DNA of 64,000 nt. Source: an uncultured Gemmatimonadaceae bacterium. GTDB taxonomy: Bacteria; Gemmatimonadota; Gemmatimonadetes; Gemmatimonadales; Gemmatimonadaceae. Location of the stretch: positions 2,048,001 through 2,112,000 of the forward strand of contig OY970320.1 in the NCBI GenBank assembly GCA_963716745.1, given 5' to 3'. Positions 51,642-61,616 of this stretch are shown here, in pieces (position 1 is the stretch's first letter; each line of letters opens with the position of its first letter). A program made the translations under genes and the position numbers. The notes under the pieces are model-generated. The model did no database searches, was not told where the DNA came from, and was given only the letters and a program-made list of their open reading frames with translations.

Positions 51642-52755
51642 ATGACATCCGCCGTGCTCGCGATCTTCCCCCCTCGCATCATACCCGACGTGGAATCAGA
51701 CCTGCGCTGGACCGCCGTGATCGCGCGCGATGTCGCCGCCGATGGCGCATTCGTATACGCGGTGCGTTCGACGCACATCTATTGCCGTCCCTCATGCCCG
51801 AGCCGGAAGCCGCGGCGCGAGAACGTCGCGTTCTTCCCGCGCGCCGAAGCCGCCGAGGCGGCCGGCTATCGCGCGTGCCGCCGCTGCCGTCCGGACGAAG
51901 GCGTGCTCAACGAGCTGGAGATCGTCGAGTCGATCTGCCGTGAGATGGAGCGCGACGCGGAGAATACGCCGGAGCTCGCGGAGCTCGCCGCGCGCTCGGG
52001 TCTCGCGCCGCATCGGCTGCAGCGCGCATTCAAGCGCGCCACCGGCATCACGCCGCGCCAATACGCGGAGGCCTGCCGGATGCGCACGCTGCGCGCGAAG
52101 CTCCGTGTCGGCGACGGGATCACGCGCGCGATGTTCGACGCGGGGTTGAGCTCCACCAGCCGGTTGTACGAGCGCGCGCCGCAACAACTCGGGATGACGC
52201 CGGGCAAGTATCGCGCGGGCGCGCCCGGCATGCGGGTCGCCTTCGCGGTGGTGGCGTCGCCACTCGGCCGCCTGCTCGTGGCCGCAACGCCGCGCGGGAT
52301 CTGCGCCGTGAGCCTCGGCTCCGACGACAGCGATCTCGAGCGCGCGCTCGCGCACGAATTCCCCGAGCGCGGAGCGCGTGCGCGATGACAAGGCGCTCGC
52401 GCCTTGGGTGGCCGTGATCCTCAAGCATCTGCGCGGCGAAGAGCCGCACCTCGATCTGCCGCTCGACGTGCGCGCAACGGCATTCCAGCGCCGCGTGTGG
52501 CAGGCGCTGCAGCAGATCCCGTACGGCACCACCCGCACCTACAGCGCGATCGCGAAGGCGATCGGCAAGCCGACGGCCGTTCGCGCCGTGGCTCGGGCGT
52601 GCGCGACGAATCCGGCGTCGCTCGTCATCCCGTGCCACCGCGTGATCCGCGAGGACGGTGCGCTCGGCGGATACCGATGGGGGATCGAGCGGAAGAAACG
52701 GCTGCTGGAGCAAGAGAGCATCGTGCAGCGTGCATCGGGCATCGAACGGACATGA
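51642..52755 (+). CDS. ada: Bifunctional Ada regulator / O6-methylguanine-DNA methyltransferase (indel near 52370)
   Basis: YCRPSC..GYRACRRC Zn site, AraC-type HTH, IPCHRV. Confidence 0.95.
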
Positions 52756-52794
52756 ACATCCAGTGCAGTCACGATGGCCGAGGCACGATGAACG

Positions 52795-53489
52795 ATGCAC
52801 GCTGACGCCGAGACCCACCTCAAGGAGAGCGATCCGGTACTGCGACGGATCATCGAGCAGGTGGGCCCGTGCACGCTCGAGCCGCACCGGGAATCGACGT
52901 ACTTCCAGTATCTGCTGCGCAGCATCGTCTTCCAGCAGCTCGCGGGCGCGGCGGCGCGCACGATCCACGATCGCGTGATCGCGATCTATGACGGCCGGGC
53001 GCCTGAACCCGAGGACGTGCTCAAGACGCCGCGTGCGAAAGCTGCGCGCCGCTGGGCTCTCGACGCAGAAGGCGAGCTACATTGTGGACCTCGCGCGCCG
53101 CGCCGCGAGCGGCGAGCTGCCGCTGCACACGATGGATTCGCTGACGGATGACGAGGCGATGGCGGCGCTGGTGCAGGTGAAGGGGATCGGGCCGTGGACG
53201 GCGCAAATGTTCCTGATGTTCCGGCTCGGCCGGCCCGACATCCTGCCCGATCTCGATTACGGCGTGAAGCTCGCGATGCGGGTCGCGTACCGCATGCGCA
53301 AGATGCCGAACGCGCGACGCATGCACGCGATCGGTGCCGCCTGGGCACCGCACCGCACCGTGGCCACCTGGTATCTCTGGCGCAGTCTGGATCTGCCCGG
53401 CACGCGCCCGAAGCGGAAGACGGCGAAGAAGCGGCCGAAGGCGAAGAGCGGTCCGCTCGGCGCTCGGCTCCAAGAGGCGGCGAAAGTAG
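52795..53489 (+). CDS. alkA: DNA-3-methyladenine glycosylase II (indel near 53040; end approximate)
   Basis: SIVFQQL, VKGIGPWTAQMFLMF-LGRPD, W-P-R--A--YLW. Confidence 0.85.
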
Positions 53490-54657
53490 TGTCCGTCCCC
53501 GAGTCCCGAGTCCCGAGTCCCGCATACTTCGTCATCACCGCCCCCGGTTTAGAGGCGATCACCGCCGCCGAGATGACCGCACTGGGTCTGGAGCCCGGGG
53601 CCATCGAGCCCGGCGGCATCAGCTTCGACGGACCGGCGGGCGCGCTCTACCGCGCGAACCTCCATTCTGCGCACCGCGACGCGCGTGATCGCGCGCGTCG
53701 GTGAGTTCGAGGCGCGCCACTTCGCCGATCTCGAGCGCCATGCCAAGGCGCAGCCGTGGTCACGGTGGCTGAGCGCCGCACGCCCCGTGCGGCTGCGCGT
53801 CACGTGCAAGAAGTCGAAGCTCTACCACAGCGGCGCCGTCGCGGAGCGCATCACGACCGCGATCGCGCATGCGCTGGGCCGCGCGCCCGAGACGGCGGGC
53901 GCGAGCGCCGGCGATGATGACGACAGCGGCGATGCGCAGCTCGTGATCGTGCGGCTCCTGCACGATCATTGCACGGTGAGCATGGACAGTTCGGGCGCAC
54001 TGCTGCATCGGCGCGGGTACCGGCTCGCCACGGCGAAGGCGCCGATGCGCGAGACGCTGGCCGCGGCGCTGTTGGCGGCGAGCGGGTGGCCAGGCGACGC
54101 GCCGTTGGTTGATCCGATGTGCGGCTCAGGGACGATCGCGATCGAGGCGGCCATGCTCGCCCGGCGGATGGCGCCGGGCGCCCGCCGTGATTTCGCGTTC
54201 ATGCATTGGCCGGCGTTCGACGCGGCGCTGTGGAAGCGCATGCTCGACAAGGCGCGCGACCGCGAACTCCCGCGCGCGTCCGCTCCCATTCTCGCGTCCG
54301 ATCGCGATGCCGGAGCCATCGCGGCGGCAGAGGCCAACGCCGAGCGTGCGGGCGTTGCCAGCGACGTGCAGATCACGCGCACGGCGCTTTCGGGGATCGT
54401 GCCGCCGGCCTCGGCGCGAGGGTGGCTGATCACCAATCCGCCCTATGGCGTGCGCGTGGGCGACCGCAAGGCGCTGCGCGACCTGTACGCGCAACTCGGG
54501 AATGTCGCGCGGCGATCGTGCGCCGGTTGGACGCATCGCCCTGCTCTCGGCCAGCGTGGAGCTCGAGCGTCAGTTGCAGCTGCCGATGACCGTCGCCGTG
54601 AAGACGCGGAACGGCGGCGTACCAGTGCGGATCGTGACAGGGCAGATACCGGCCTGA
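53489..54657 (+). CDS. THUMP-domain RNA methyltransferase (RlmL N-terminal/YpsC-like), indels
   Basis: APGLE, DSSG-LLHRRGYR, APMRETLAA, DPMCGSGTI-IE, TNPPYG-R. Confidence 0.88.
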
Positions 54658-54690
54658 TCCCTTCCCACAACAGCCGGTCGATTTGTCCTA

Positions 54691-54719
54691 TAGACGTGCG
54701 CGACCGGTCGTTGTATGCT
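54691..54719 (+). promoter_or_regulatory. Candidate sigma70 promoter of RiPP-like locus 2 with a palindrome in the spacer
   Basis: TAGACG-17 nt-TATGCT; CGACCGGTCG at 54701-54710. Confidence 0.45.
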
Positions 54720-54765
54720 CCCTATCCCAACCGGTCAAAAGAACCCGTCCTGCCGGTCAAAAAGC

Positions 54766-54948
54766 ATGCCCTTCGTAGAAGGCACTCCTCCGAGCGAGCA
54801 GTCTCCCGCCGCATCACCGGCGTCGCCGAAGCGCGCATGGACTCCGCCGCGCTGCGAGGAATTGCCGCCGCTCACTGACCTCACCATGCAGCAGGGTTCC
54901 GGCATTCACGGCGGTGGGGGCGGAGGCGGCACGGTCTTTCCGTTCTAG
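54766..54948 (+). CDS. Putative RiPP precursor peptide 2 (60 aa)
   Basis: WTPPRCEELPPLTDLTM then QQGSGIHGGGGGGGTVFPF; first ORF of the rSAM-PqqD-kinase operon. Confidence 0.75.
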   Translation: MPFVEGTPPSEQSPAASPASPKRAWTPPRCEELPPLTDLTMQQGSGIHGGGGGGGTVFPF

Positions 54949-54978
54949 CGGGCTTCGTTCACGATCACGGCAGGCACT

Positions 54979-57840
54979 ATGACGCACGCGATCCGCCCGG
55001 CACGTCCTGCCCTGAGATTCCTGGTGCCGCTCGCCGGCGTCGCGGCGCTCTTGTACGGTTGCCAGAGATTCGTTGCCCACCGCAGCGAGCAAGCCGCCGG
55101 TGTATCTGGCGCAGGCGGTGCAGTGCACGGTGAGCGTGGCGCAGCAGAGCATGAGCTGCAGTTCGGGCGAGGCGGCGATCGCTTCGTCGCCGGCGCCGGG
55201 CGCTCGAGGCGGCGCGACGCGAGCATGGCGCGCAGCCAGGGGCGTCCGGTCAGCGAGCGCCGCGCTCGTCGGCCAGTCCGCATAAGTTCGTCACGGTCAC
55301 GTCGCAGAATTTCTTTCACGATGTGGCGGGCGACCGGGTCCTCGCCGACGTGAAGGTGCAGAACCTCACCACCGTCGCGATGGGCTCGAAGGACGGCAGC
55401 ACGTACGATGGCACCGGCGTGAACGTGTTCTTCGATCCGCCGCCCACGGCGCCGGTGACGATCGATAATCCCACCGGCACCAACGGCACGTTCCTCGTCT
55501 CGGGCACGACGTACTTCCAGTATCCGCAGCTCGTGCCCGCCAACGGAACCACCGCGCTTCAGTCGTGGGTATTCGGACTCCACGGCCAGGCGTCGTTCGA
55601 TTTCTTCGTGTATCGTGAGCGCGGCGATGCCGACGGATCCGGACACGGTCGTCATCCCGCCGCACGCATTCCCGGGCATCAGTTCCGGATTCGATCAGAT
55701 CTGCGCGATCCGCGCCGGCAGTCAGGCCTATTGCTGGGGAAACGATTCGCTCGGCCAGTTGGGCGACGGGCGCAGTTCGGACCAGTCCGGTGCCGGTCGC
55801 TGCGCTCGGCGGCCACATTTACAGCTCACTCTCCGCGGGTCCGACGCACGGCTGCGGCATTGAGCAGAGCACCCTCGCAGGATTCTGCTGGGGCTACGAC
55901 TCGCTCGGCGCGCTGGGCGATGGCGGCGCGACGACGCAGAGCGCGCCCACCGCCGTGGCCGGGCAGCTCAGTGGCTCTGCGATCGGCGCCGGCGCGAATC
56001 ACAGCTGCGCGATCGAGTCGGGAACGAACAAGGCATACTGCTGGGGCGACAACGCGCATGGTCAGGTGGGCAAGGGATCGTTGGGCGGGAACGTGACGTC
56101 GCCGACCGTCGTTGTCGGCGGGCACCTGTTCGTCACGGTCGTCTCGGGGCACGATCATTCGTGCGCGCTCACCGCCGCCGGCGCCGCATGGTGCTGGGGC
56201 GCGAACGCCAACATGCAGCTTGGCAACAACGGATTCGCCGATGCGTCGACACCGGTGGCCGTCGGCGGCGGCCATACATGGAAGCAGCTCACCGCGGGCG
56301 GAAACCATGCATGCGGCATTGACAACAGCGACGTCGCATGGTGTTGGGGTTCGGATGCGAGCGGCGAGCTCGGCGATGGGAACTTCGCCGACGAGGGACT
56401 CCCGGTCGCGGTCGACCCGACGGACCTCGGCACGGCGAAGATGATCAGCGCCGGCTCGGACTTCACGTGCGCCGTGGACAAGACGGCGAACGCGAATGGG
56501 TGGTGCTGGGGCGACGGCACTAGCGGGCAACTTGGCGACAACAGCCTTTTCGCGGTACCCAATCCGCAGCTCGTGGACGGCGGTCTCAAGTGGAACTCGA
56601 TCTCCGGCGGTGAGCGGCATACGTGCGGCATTGATAACACGTCGCATGGCTATTGCTGGGGCGCGGGCGACGCTGGTCAGATCGGCGACGGAGTGCCCGG
56701 ATCGACGCAAGCGCCGGGTACGCCCGTGAGCGGCGATACGTACACTGCGCTCGCGGCGGGCGGCGACTTCGCGTGTGGCATGAGCGTCGCGAAGCCGGGA
56801 ACCGGCTGGTGCTGGGGCAGCGCGCAGAAGAGCGCGCTTGGCAACGGGTTCCTCATGACGCAGAGCGCGCCGCTTGGCGTGCTGGGCTTCCATCAATTCA
56901 CTCAGCTCGCGACCGGTCAGAATCACAGCTGCGGGATCGATGTCACGGGCGCCGCATGGTGCTGGGGAGAGAATGACGTGCGACGAACTCGGCACCGGCG
57001 ACGAGACATCGCACAGCATCCCGGCGAAGGTCAGCGGCGGGCATCCTCTATTCGCAGATCAGCGCGATGTTCGTGAGACACCTGTGCGCGGGCCGACCGG
57101 AGCGGGCGACCAACCGACATACTGCTGGGGCAGCAACGGTTTCGGCGAGATCGGCGACGGCACGACGACGAACGCTCCATCGCCGACCGCGCCGGCTGGT
57201 CCGGTAACGACGTTCGCTGCGATCTCGGCCGGGCTGCAGCATACCTGCGCCGTCCAGACCGCCGGTGCCGTCTACTGCTGGGGCGACAATTCGAGCGGCC
57301 AGCTTGGCGACGGTACCAATACTCCGCAACTCCAACCGCAATCTCGTCCCGGGCTTCAGCGGCATCCGCGATCGGCGCCGGATTCTTGTTCACATGCGCG
57401 ACCGAGAGCGGCGGCAGGCCACCATCTCTGGTGCTGGGGCAGCAACAGCAACGGACAACTCGGGATCAACAGCTTCGGCGGTACCAGGACCTCGCCGACG
57501 GTGAGTCGGAGCGCGCGTTCATTCTCGCAGGTCACACTGGGCGCATTCCACGCGTGCGCGTTGGAGCAAGGCACCGGCGAATGCCTATTGCTGGGGATCC
57601 AACAACAAGGGACAGTTGGGCAGTCCGGAAGCTTCAATCAGCAAGACCGTACCCACGCTCGTTGCCGGTGCGGTCACGAGCTTCGTGAGGATCTCGGCGG
57701 GTCGGCAGGATCCCGACCGGATCGCCCATCACCTGCGCCTCGACCGCCGCCGGCGCCTCCTATTGCTGGGGTTCGACGTACGGGAATTCGCCCACGCTGG
57801 TCACGCCGCCATGAGCGCCGCCACGATCCTCGCGCGCTAG
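54979..57840 (+). CDS. Large lipoprotein: unnamed N-domain plus many RCC1/BLIP-II-like repeats (several indels)
   Basis: LLYGC lipobox; repeated H-CA/CG---G-A-CWG-N--GQLGDG in ORFs 55615, 55790, 56874 and later. Confidence 0.85.
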
Positions 57841-57846
57841 CTGCAT

Positions 57847-58844
57847 ATGCTCCTTGGCTTCGCGGTCACGCGTCACTGTAATCTTCGTTGTCCCCATTGT
57901 ATTCGGGACGACGTCGTGACGGTCGGCGAACTCAGCGCCGCGCTCATCGGCCGCATCACCGGCGAGGCGAAGGCGCTCTTCGGCGAAGTGAGAGTCAGTC
58001 TCACCGGCGGCGAACCCCTCATCCATCGCGACTTCGCCGGCATCGTCGACGGCACTGCGCGAACGCGCGGTGCCCTGGACGATCGTGACGAACGGCTGGC
58101 ACATTGCGCGCGCGCTTCCGGTGCTCGAGATCGCACCCGCCCGCCGCGGTGCGGCTCTCGCTCTCCGGCGCGAACGAAGCTGTGCATGACGCCGAGCGTG
58201 GCGACGGCTCGTTCCGCCGCGTGCTCTTGGCCGCCGCGATCCTCACGAGCCGCCGGATCCCCTTCTCGCTCGGGATCCTCATCGATCGCCGCGACCGCAG
58301 CGATCTGCGCGAGGCCGCGGATCTCGCGGAGTCGCTCGGCGCGATGAGCCTCCAGGTGCTGTTCGCGCAACCGGTGCCCGCGAGCGCCGCACGCGGCTCC
58401 GATCTCGCACCGCGCGACTGGCAGCAGGTGGTGCGCGAGGTGCGCGCATTGAGCACGGAGTCGCACCGGTGCACTGCCGTCTCGCTCGATTTCGGTGCGC
58501 CGCCCTTTCCGGGTGAAGCGCCGCTCACCTGCGACACGTTCACGCACCGCCGGATCTATGTGAATCACAACGGCGAGCTCTGTCTGTGCTGCCAGCTCTC
58601 GGAGTACGGCGAGATCCCGACCGACGTCGTCGCCGATCTGAACGCCGTGCCGCTCGCGGTCGCGTATGGCGCGTACACGCGTCAACTCGCGGAATTGCGC
58701 CGCGCCGCCGAGCCCGAAGCAGGCGATGCGCTCGCCAAGTTCCCGTGCCTTCGGTGCGCGCGGACGTCGGGCAAACTCGATTGGCTCGCGCGGTTCCCGG
58801 AGAGCCCGTGGCACGATGCCCCCGGCGTGCCCGCCCATGCGTAA
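57847..58844 (+). CDS. Radical SAM enzyme with SPASM/twitch-like C-terminus (indels near 58074-58140)
   Basis: CNLRCPHC (CxxxCxxC), LTGGEP, IVTNG, SLSGA..HD-ERG-GSF; C-x13-G-x4-C and distal CLRC. Confidence 0.92.
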
Positions 58845-59959
58845 ACTCGCGTTCGCTCTGTTGCTCCCGTTCCTGCTCGCCTCGTCGTGCGACATTCCGG
58901 GGGTCACCGACACGTCGCCGATGATCGATGTCACCGGGCGCACTGAGCGCGGGACCATAGTGGTGCTGCGCCTGCTCGTCGCCGGCTCGCCCGTCGCCGG
59001 CGCTGCATTCTCGGTCCCTCCGGACGGACACGCGTTCGTCCTGAACGAAGACAGCCTCTTCTTGATACAGCCGGGACCCCTCACGATCGATGCGCGCGGG
59101 CTTCTGGGTGGGGACAGCGTGCACGCCACACGCACGATCACGATCTCCGCGGCACCCACGATCGTGTTCGACGGTCTGGTCGCCGGGAATCGCGACATCT
59201 ACTCGGTAGGGCCTCAATGGCAGTGCGCTCGTGCGCCTCACCACCGATCCGGGCGATGATCGCATGCCCACCGCGCTCGGCGCCACGGTGTACTTCATCA
59301 GTTCGCGCAGCGGTACCGCCGAGCTGTTCACCGTTCCACTCGCAGGCGGCGCGGACGCGCCATTGGCCGCGAGCACGCTCGCGGAGAGTCAGCCGGCCGT
59401 CGCGCCGAGTGGTTCGCATCTCGCGTACGTGGGCACGGATTCGTTCCCGCACATCTATGTCGCCGGCCTCAATGGCGGTGCCGTTACTCGATTCGCGGCG
59501 GCCGACGCAGGATTCTCCGGAGCGCTGGAAGCCAGTCCCACCTGGTCGCCCGCAGGCGATCACATCGCCTACACGACCACGCGTGATGGCGCCGCCGGGA
59601 TCTATACCGGCGCGCTCAACGGCGCCGCGGGAAGCGCGACGCAGCTCGTGAGCGGCGCGCACGGGTACGCGAATGTCGACCCGGCGTGGAATCCGAACGG
59701 ACTCAGCGTCGCCTTCGCATCGAATCGTGACGGTCCAACGGATCTCTACTTGATCACCATCGCGTCGGGTACGGTGACGCGCCTGACGACGCGCGGAAAC
59801 GTGGGACAGCCCGCATGGCTCGCCGACGGCCGGCTGATGTTCACCGAATTCATCTCCGGCGCGAACGGGCTGCGCTGGCTCGACCCCGCGGACACGAGCG
59901 TGATCCACGTCATTCCCACCGGCCCGGGATCGGCCGAGCACGCGTCGGCGGTACCATGA
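58837..59959 (+). CDS. TolB-like (PD40) lipoprotein (indel near 59210)
   Basis: LLASSC lipobox; PTWSPAGDHIAYTTTRDG, PAWNPNG-SVAFASNRDG-TDLY. Confidence 0.85.
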
Positions 59960-60243
59960 GCGCGAGCCCGATACGGCCGCTCCGGCCCGCCGAGAGTGTG
60001 CTCGTCGCGCATCTCGACGGTGAATCGGTGCTGCTCGATCTCGAGAGCAAGCACTACTATCGCTTGAACGAGAGCGGCTCGGCGATCTGGCGCGCGGTTG
60101 AGTCCGGCGCGGAGCCGCACGCGATCGCCGACGCGCTGGTGTCCGCGTTCAATGTCTCGGAACCCGAGGCGCGCGCGGCCGTCGATGGGCTGCTCGCGGA
60201 TCTGAGCGAGAAAGGATTGCTCGTGCCCAAGGCCGCCGTATGA
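59956..60243 (+). CDS. PqqD-family RiPP recognition element (95 aa)
   Basis: LDGESVLLDLESKHYYRLNESGSAIW..L---F-V..LL-DL-EKGLL; ATGA overlaps on both sides. Confidence 0.92.
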   Translation: MSASPIRPLRPAESVLVAHLDGESVLLDLESKHYYRLNESGSAIWRAVESGAEPHAIADALVSAFNVSEPEARAAVDGLLADLSEKGLLVPKAAV

Positions 60244-61190
60244 GCCGCCTGCTCTCGGCGACACCGATCGCACTGGAGGCGGACCGCTTCACGGCATCGC
60301 TGATGCGCGAGATGCTCCCCGCTGTGCGCGAAACCGGTGGTCCAGCGATCGCGGGCCGAGTGCGCGCGCTGCGTTCGGCGGCGGACGCTCCCTCCTCGCC
60401 TGAGCGGGCGCCGACGCTGCGCGTGAGCGGCGTCGCGTTCTGGATCGATGCGCCGCCATCGAGCCGCGTCGCATTTCGAAATGTCAGCGGCTCGGTGCAT
60501 GGATCGATCGACCGCAACTCATCGCGCGCGGAGCTGCGCGTATCGCCGCGCATTGCGGATGACGAGCGCATGGATCCGGGAATCGCGTTCGGAGTGGTGG
60601 TGTCACTCCTGGCGGCGCGCTTGGGCCACGCGCTCGTGCACGCCGCCGGCGTGATCGCACCAAGCGGACGCGCCTGGTTGCTGGTTGGCGACTCCCACTC
60701 AGGAAAGTCGACGACCACTGCGACGCTCATCGCTGGCGGATGGGACTATCTCGGCGATGACTCGGTGGTCCTCTCGCTGGCGCGCGGCGACGCGCCCGGT
60801 GCGCGCGTGCATGTCGAAGGCTGGCGCGTGCCGATCCGCCTCGACCACGGCTCGACGGCCGGTGCGGCGCGCGCCGATCGCGTCGAGGTCGACCCGCACG
60901 CGCTCGGCGGCGGACGGTGGCGCGCATCGGCGCCGCTGGGCGGATTGCTCTTCCCGCGCGTGGATCGCGCGGCGCGCACCACGCTCGCGCCGATCGCGCG
61001 CGCCGATGCCTACGCCGCGCTCGTGCGTCAGAGTCCGTGGCTGCTCGCCGATCCTGTGAGTGCGCCGCGCGTGAGCGACCTGCTCTCGGCGGCGAGCGGC
61101 CATTCCGCCGCGCGCCTCACGCTGGGCGCCGATTGCTATGCGGACGCCGCGCGGATGACCGAGGTGCTCGGCGCGCTGACGGGCCTCTAG
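60240..61190 (+). CDS. HPr-kinase-like P-loop kinase
   Basis: LVHAAGV, LLVGDSHSGKST, YLGDDSVV, LVRQSPW; paralog of 14100-14886 (LVRQSTW). Confidence 0.85.
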   Translation: MSRLLSATPIALEADRFTASLMREMLPAVRETGGPAIAGRVRALRSAADAPSSPERAPTLRVSGVAFWIDAPPSSRVAFRNVSGSVHGSIDRNSSRAELRVSPRIADDERMDPGIAFGVVVSLLAARLGHALVHAAGVIAPSGRAWLLVGDSHSGKSTTTATLIAGGWDYLGDDSVVLSLARGDAPGARVHVEGWRVPIRLDHGSTAGAARADRVEVDPHALGGGRWRASAPLGGLLFPRVDRAARTTLAPIARADAYAALVRQSPWLLADPVSAPRVSDLLSAASGHSAARLTLGADCYADAARMTEVLGALTGL

Positions 61191-61540
61191 TCCGGCAGAA
61201 GCATCGAGAGCACCGTGCTCACGATGCTGATCACGATCGAGCCGATCAGCGCCGGCCCGAATCCGGCGACGTGGAAGCCGAGGCCCAGCGAGCTTGAAAG
61301 CGCACTGGTGAGCATCAGCATCAGAGCGTTGATGACGAGCAGGAAGAGGCCGAGCGAGAGCACGACCACGGGCAGGCTGAGAAGGGTGAGGATGGGGCGG
61401 ACGAAGCCGTTCACGATGCCGAACACGAGCGCCACGCCGGCGAGCGCCAGCACGCTGCCGTCCGTCGAGATGCCGGTCACCCAGCGCGACGCGACCCAGA
61501 GCGCCGCCATGGTGATGAGGATACGAATGACGAGCTTCAT
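61187..61540 (-). CDS. YvlD-like membrane protein (Phage_holin_4_2 family)
   Basis: GIVNGFVRPIL--L-LP---LSLGLF-LVINA. Confidence 0.85.
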   Translation of the reverse strand: MKLVIRILITMAALWVASRWVTGISTDGSVLALAGVALVFGIVNGFVRPILTLLSLPVVVLSLGLFLLVINALMLMLTSALSSSLGLGFHVAGFGPALIGSIVISIVSTVLSMLLPD

Positions 61541-61616
61541 GTCGTGCCTCCGAGTGGTGGGCGAACGGCCGCTCTGCTAATCTGCGCGCGGCGCGGCGAT
61601 CCGGCCACTCGCGCGA

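Noticed and set aside
52988..53704. AlkA-THUMP fusion
   Set aside because: A TAG/GTG overlap at 53487-53491 suggests two genes joined by an indel
1259..59959. Widespread pseudogenes or programmed frameshifts
   Set aside because: Indels hit many unrelated genes whose motifs are intact, which is typical of long-read error; cannot be settled without the reads
61187..61540. Prophage holin
   Set aside because: YvlD-like family is common in chromosomes; no phage genes nearby
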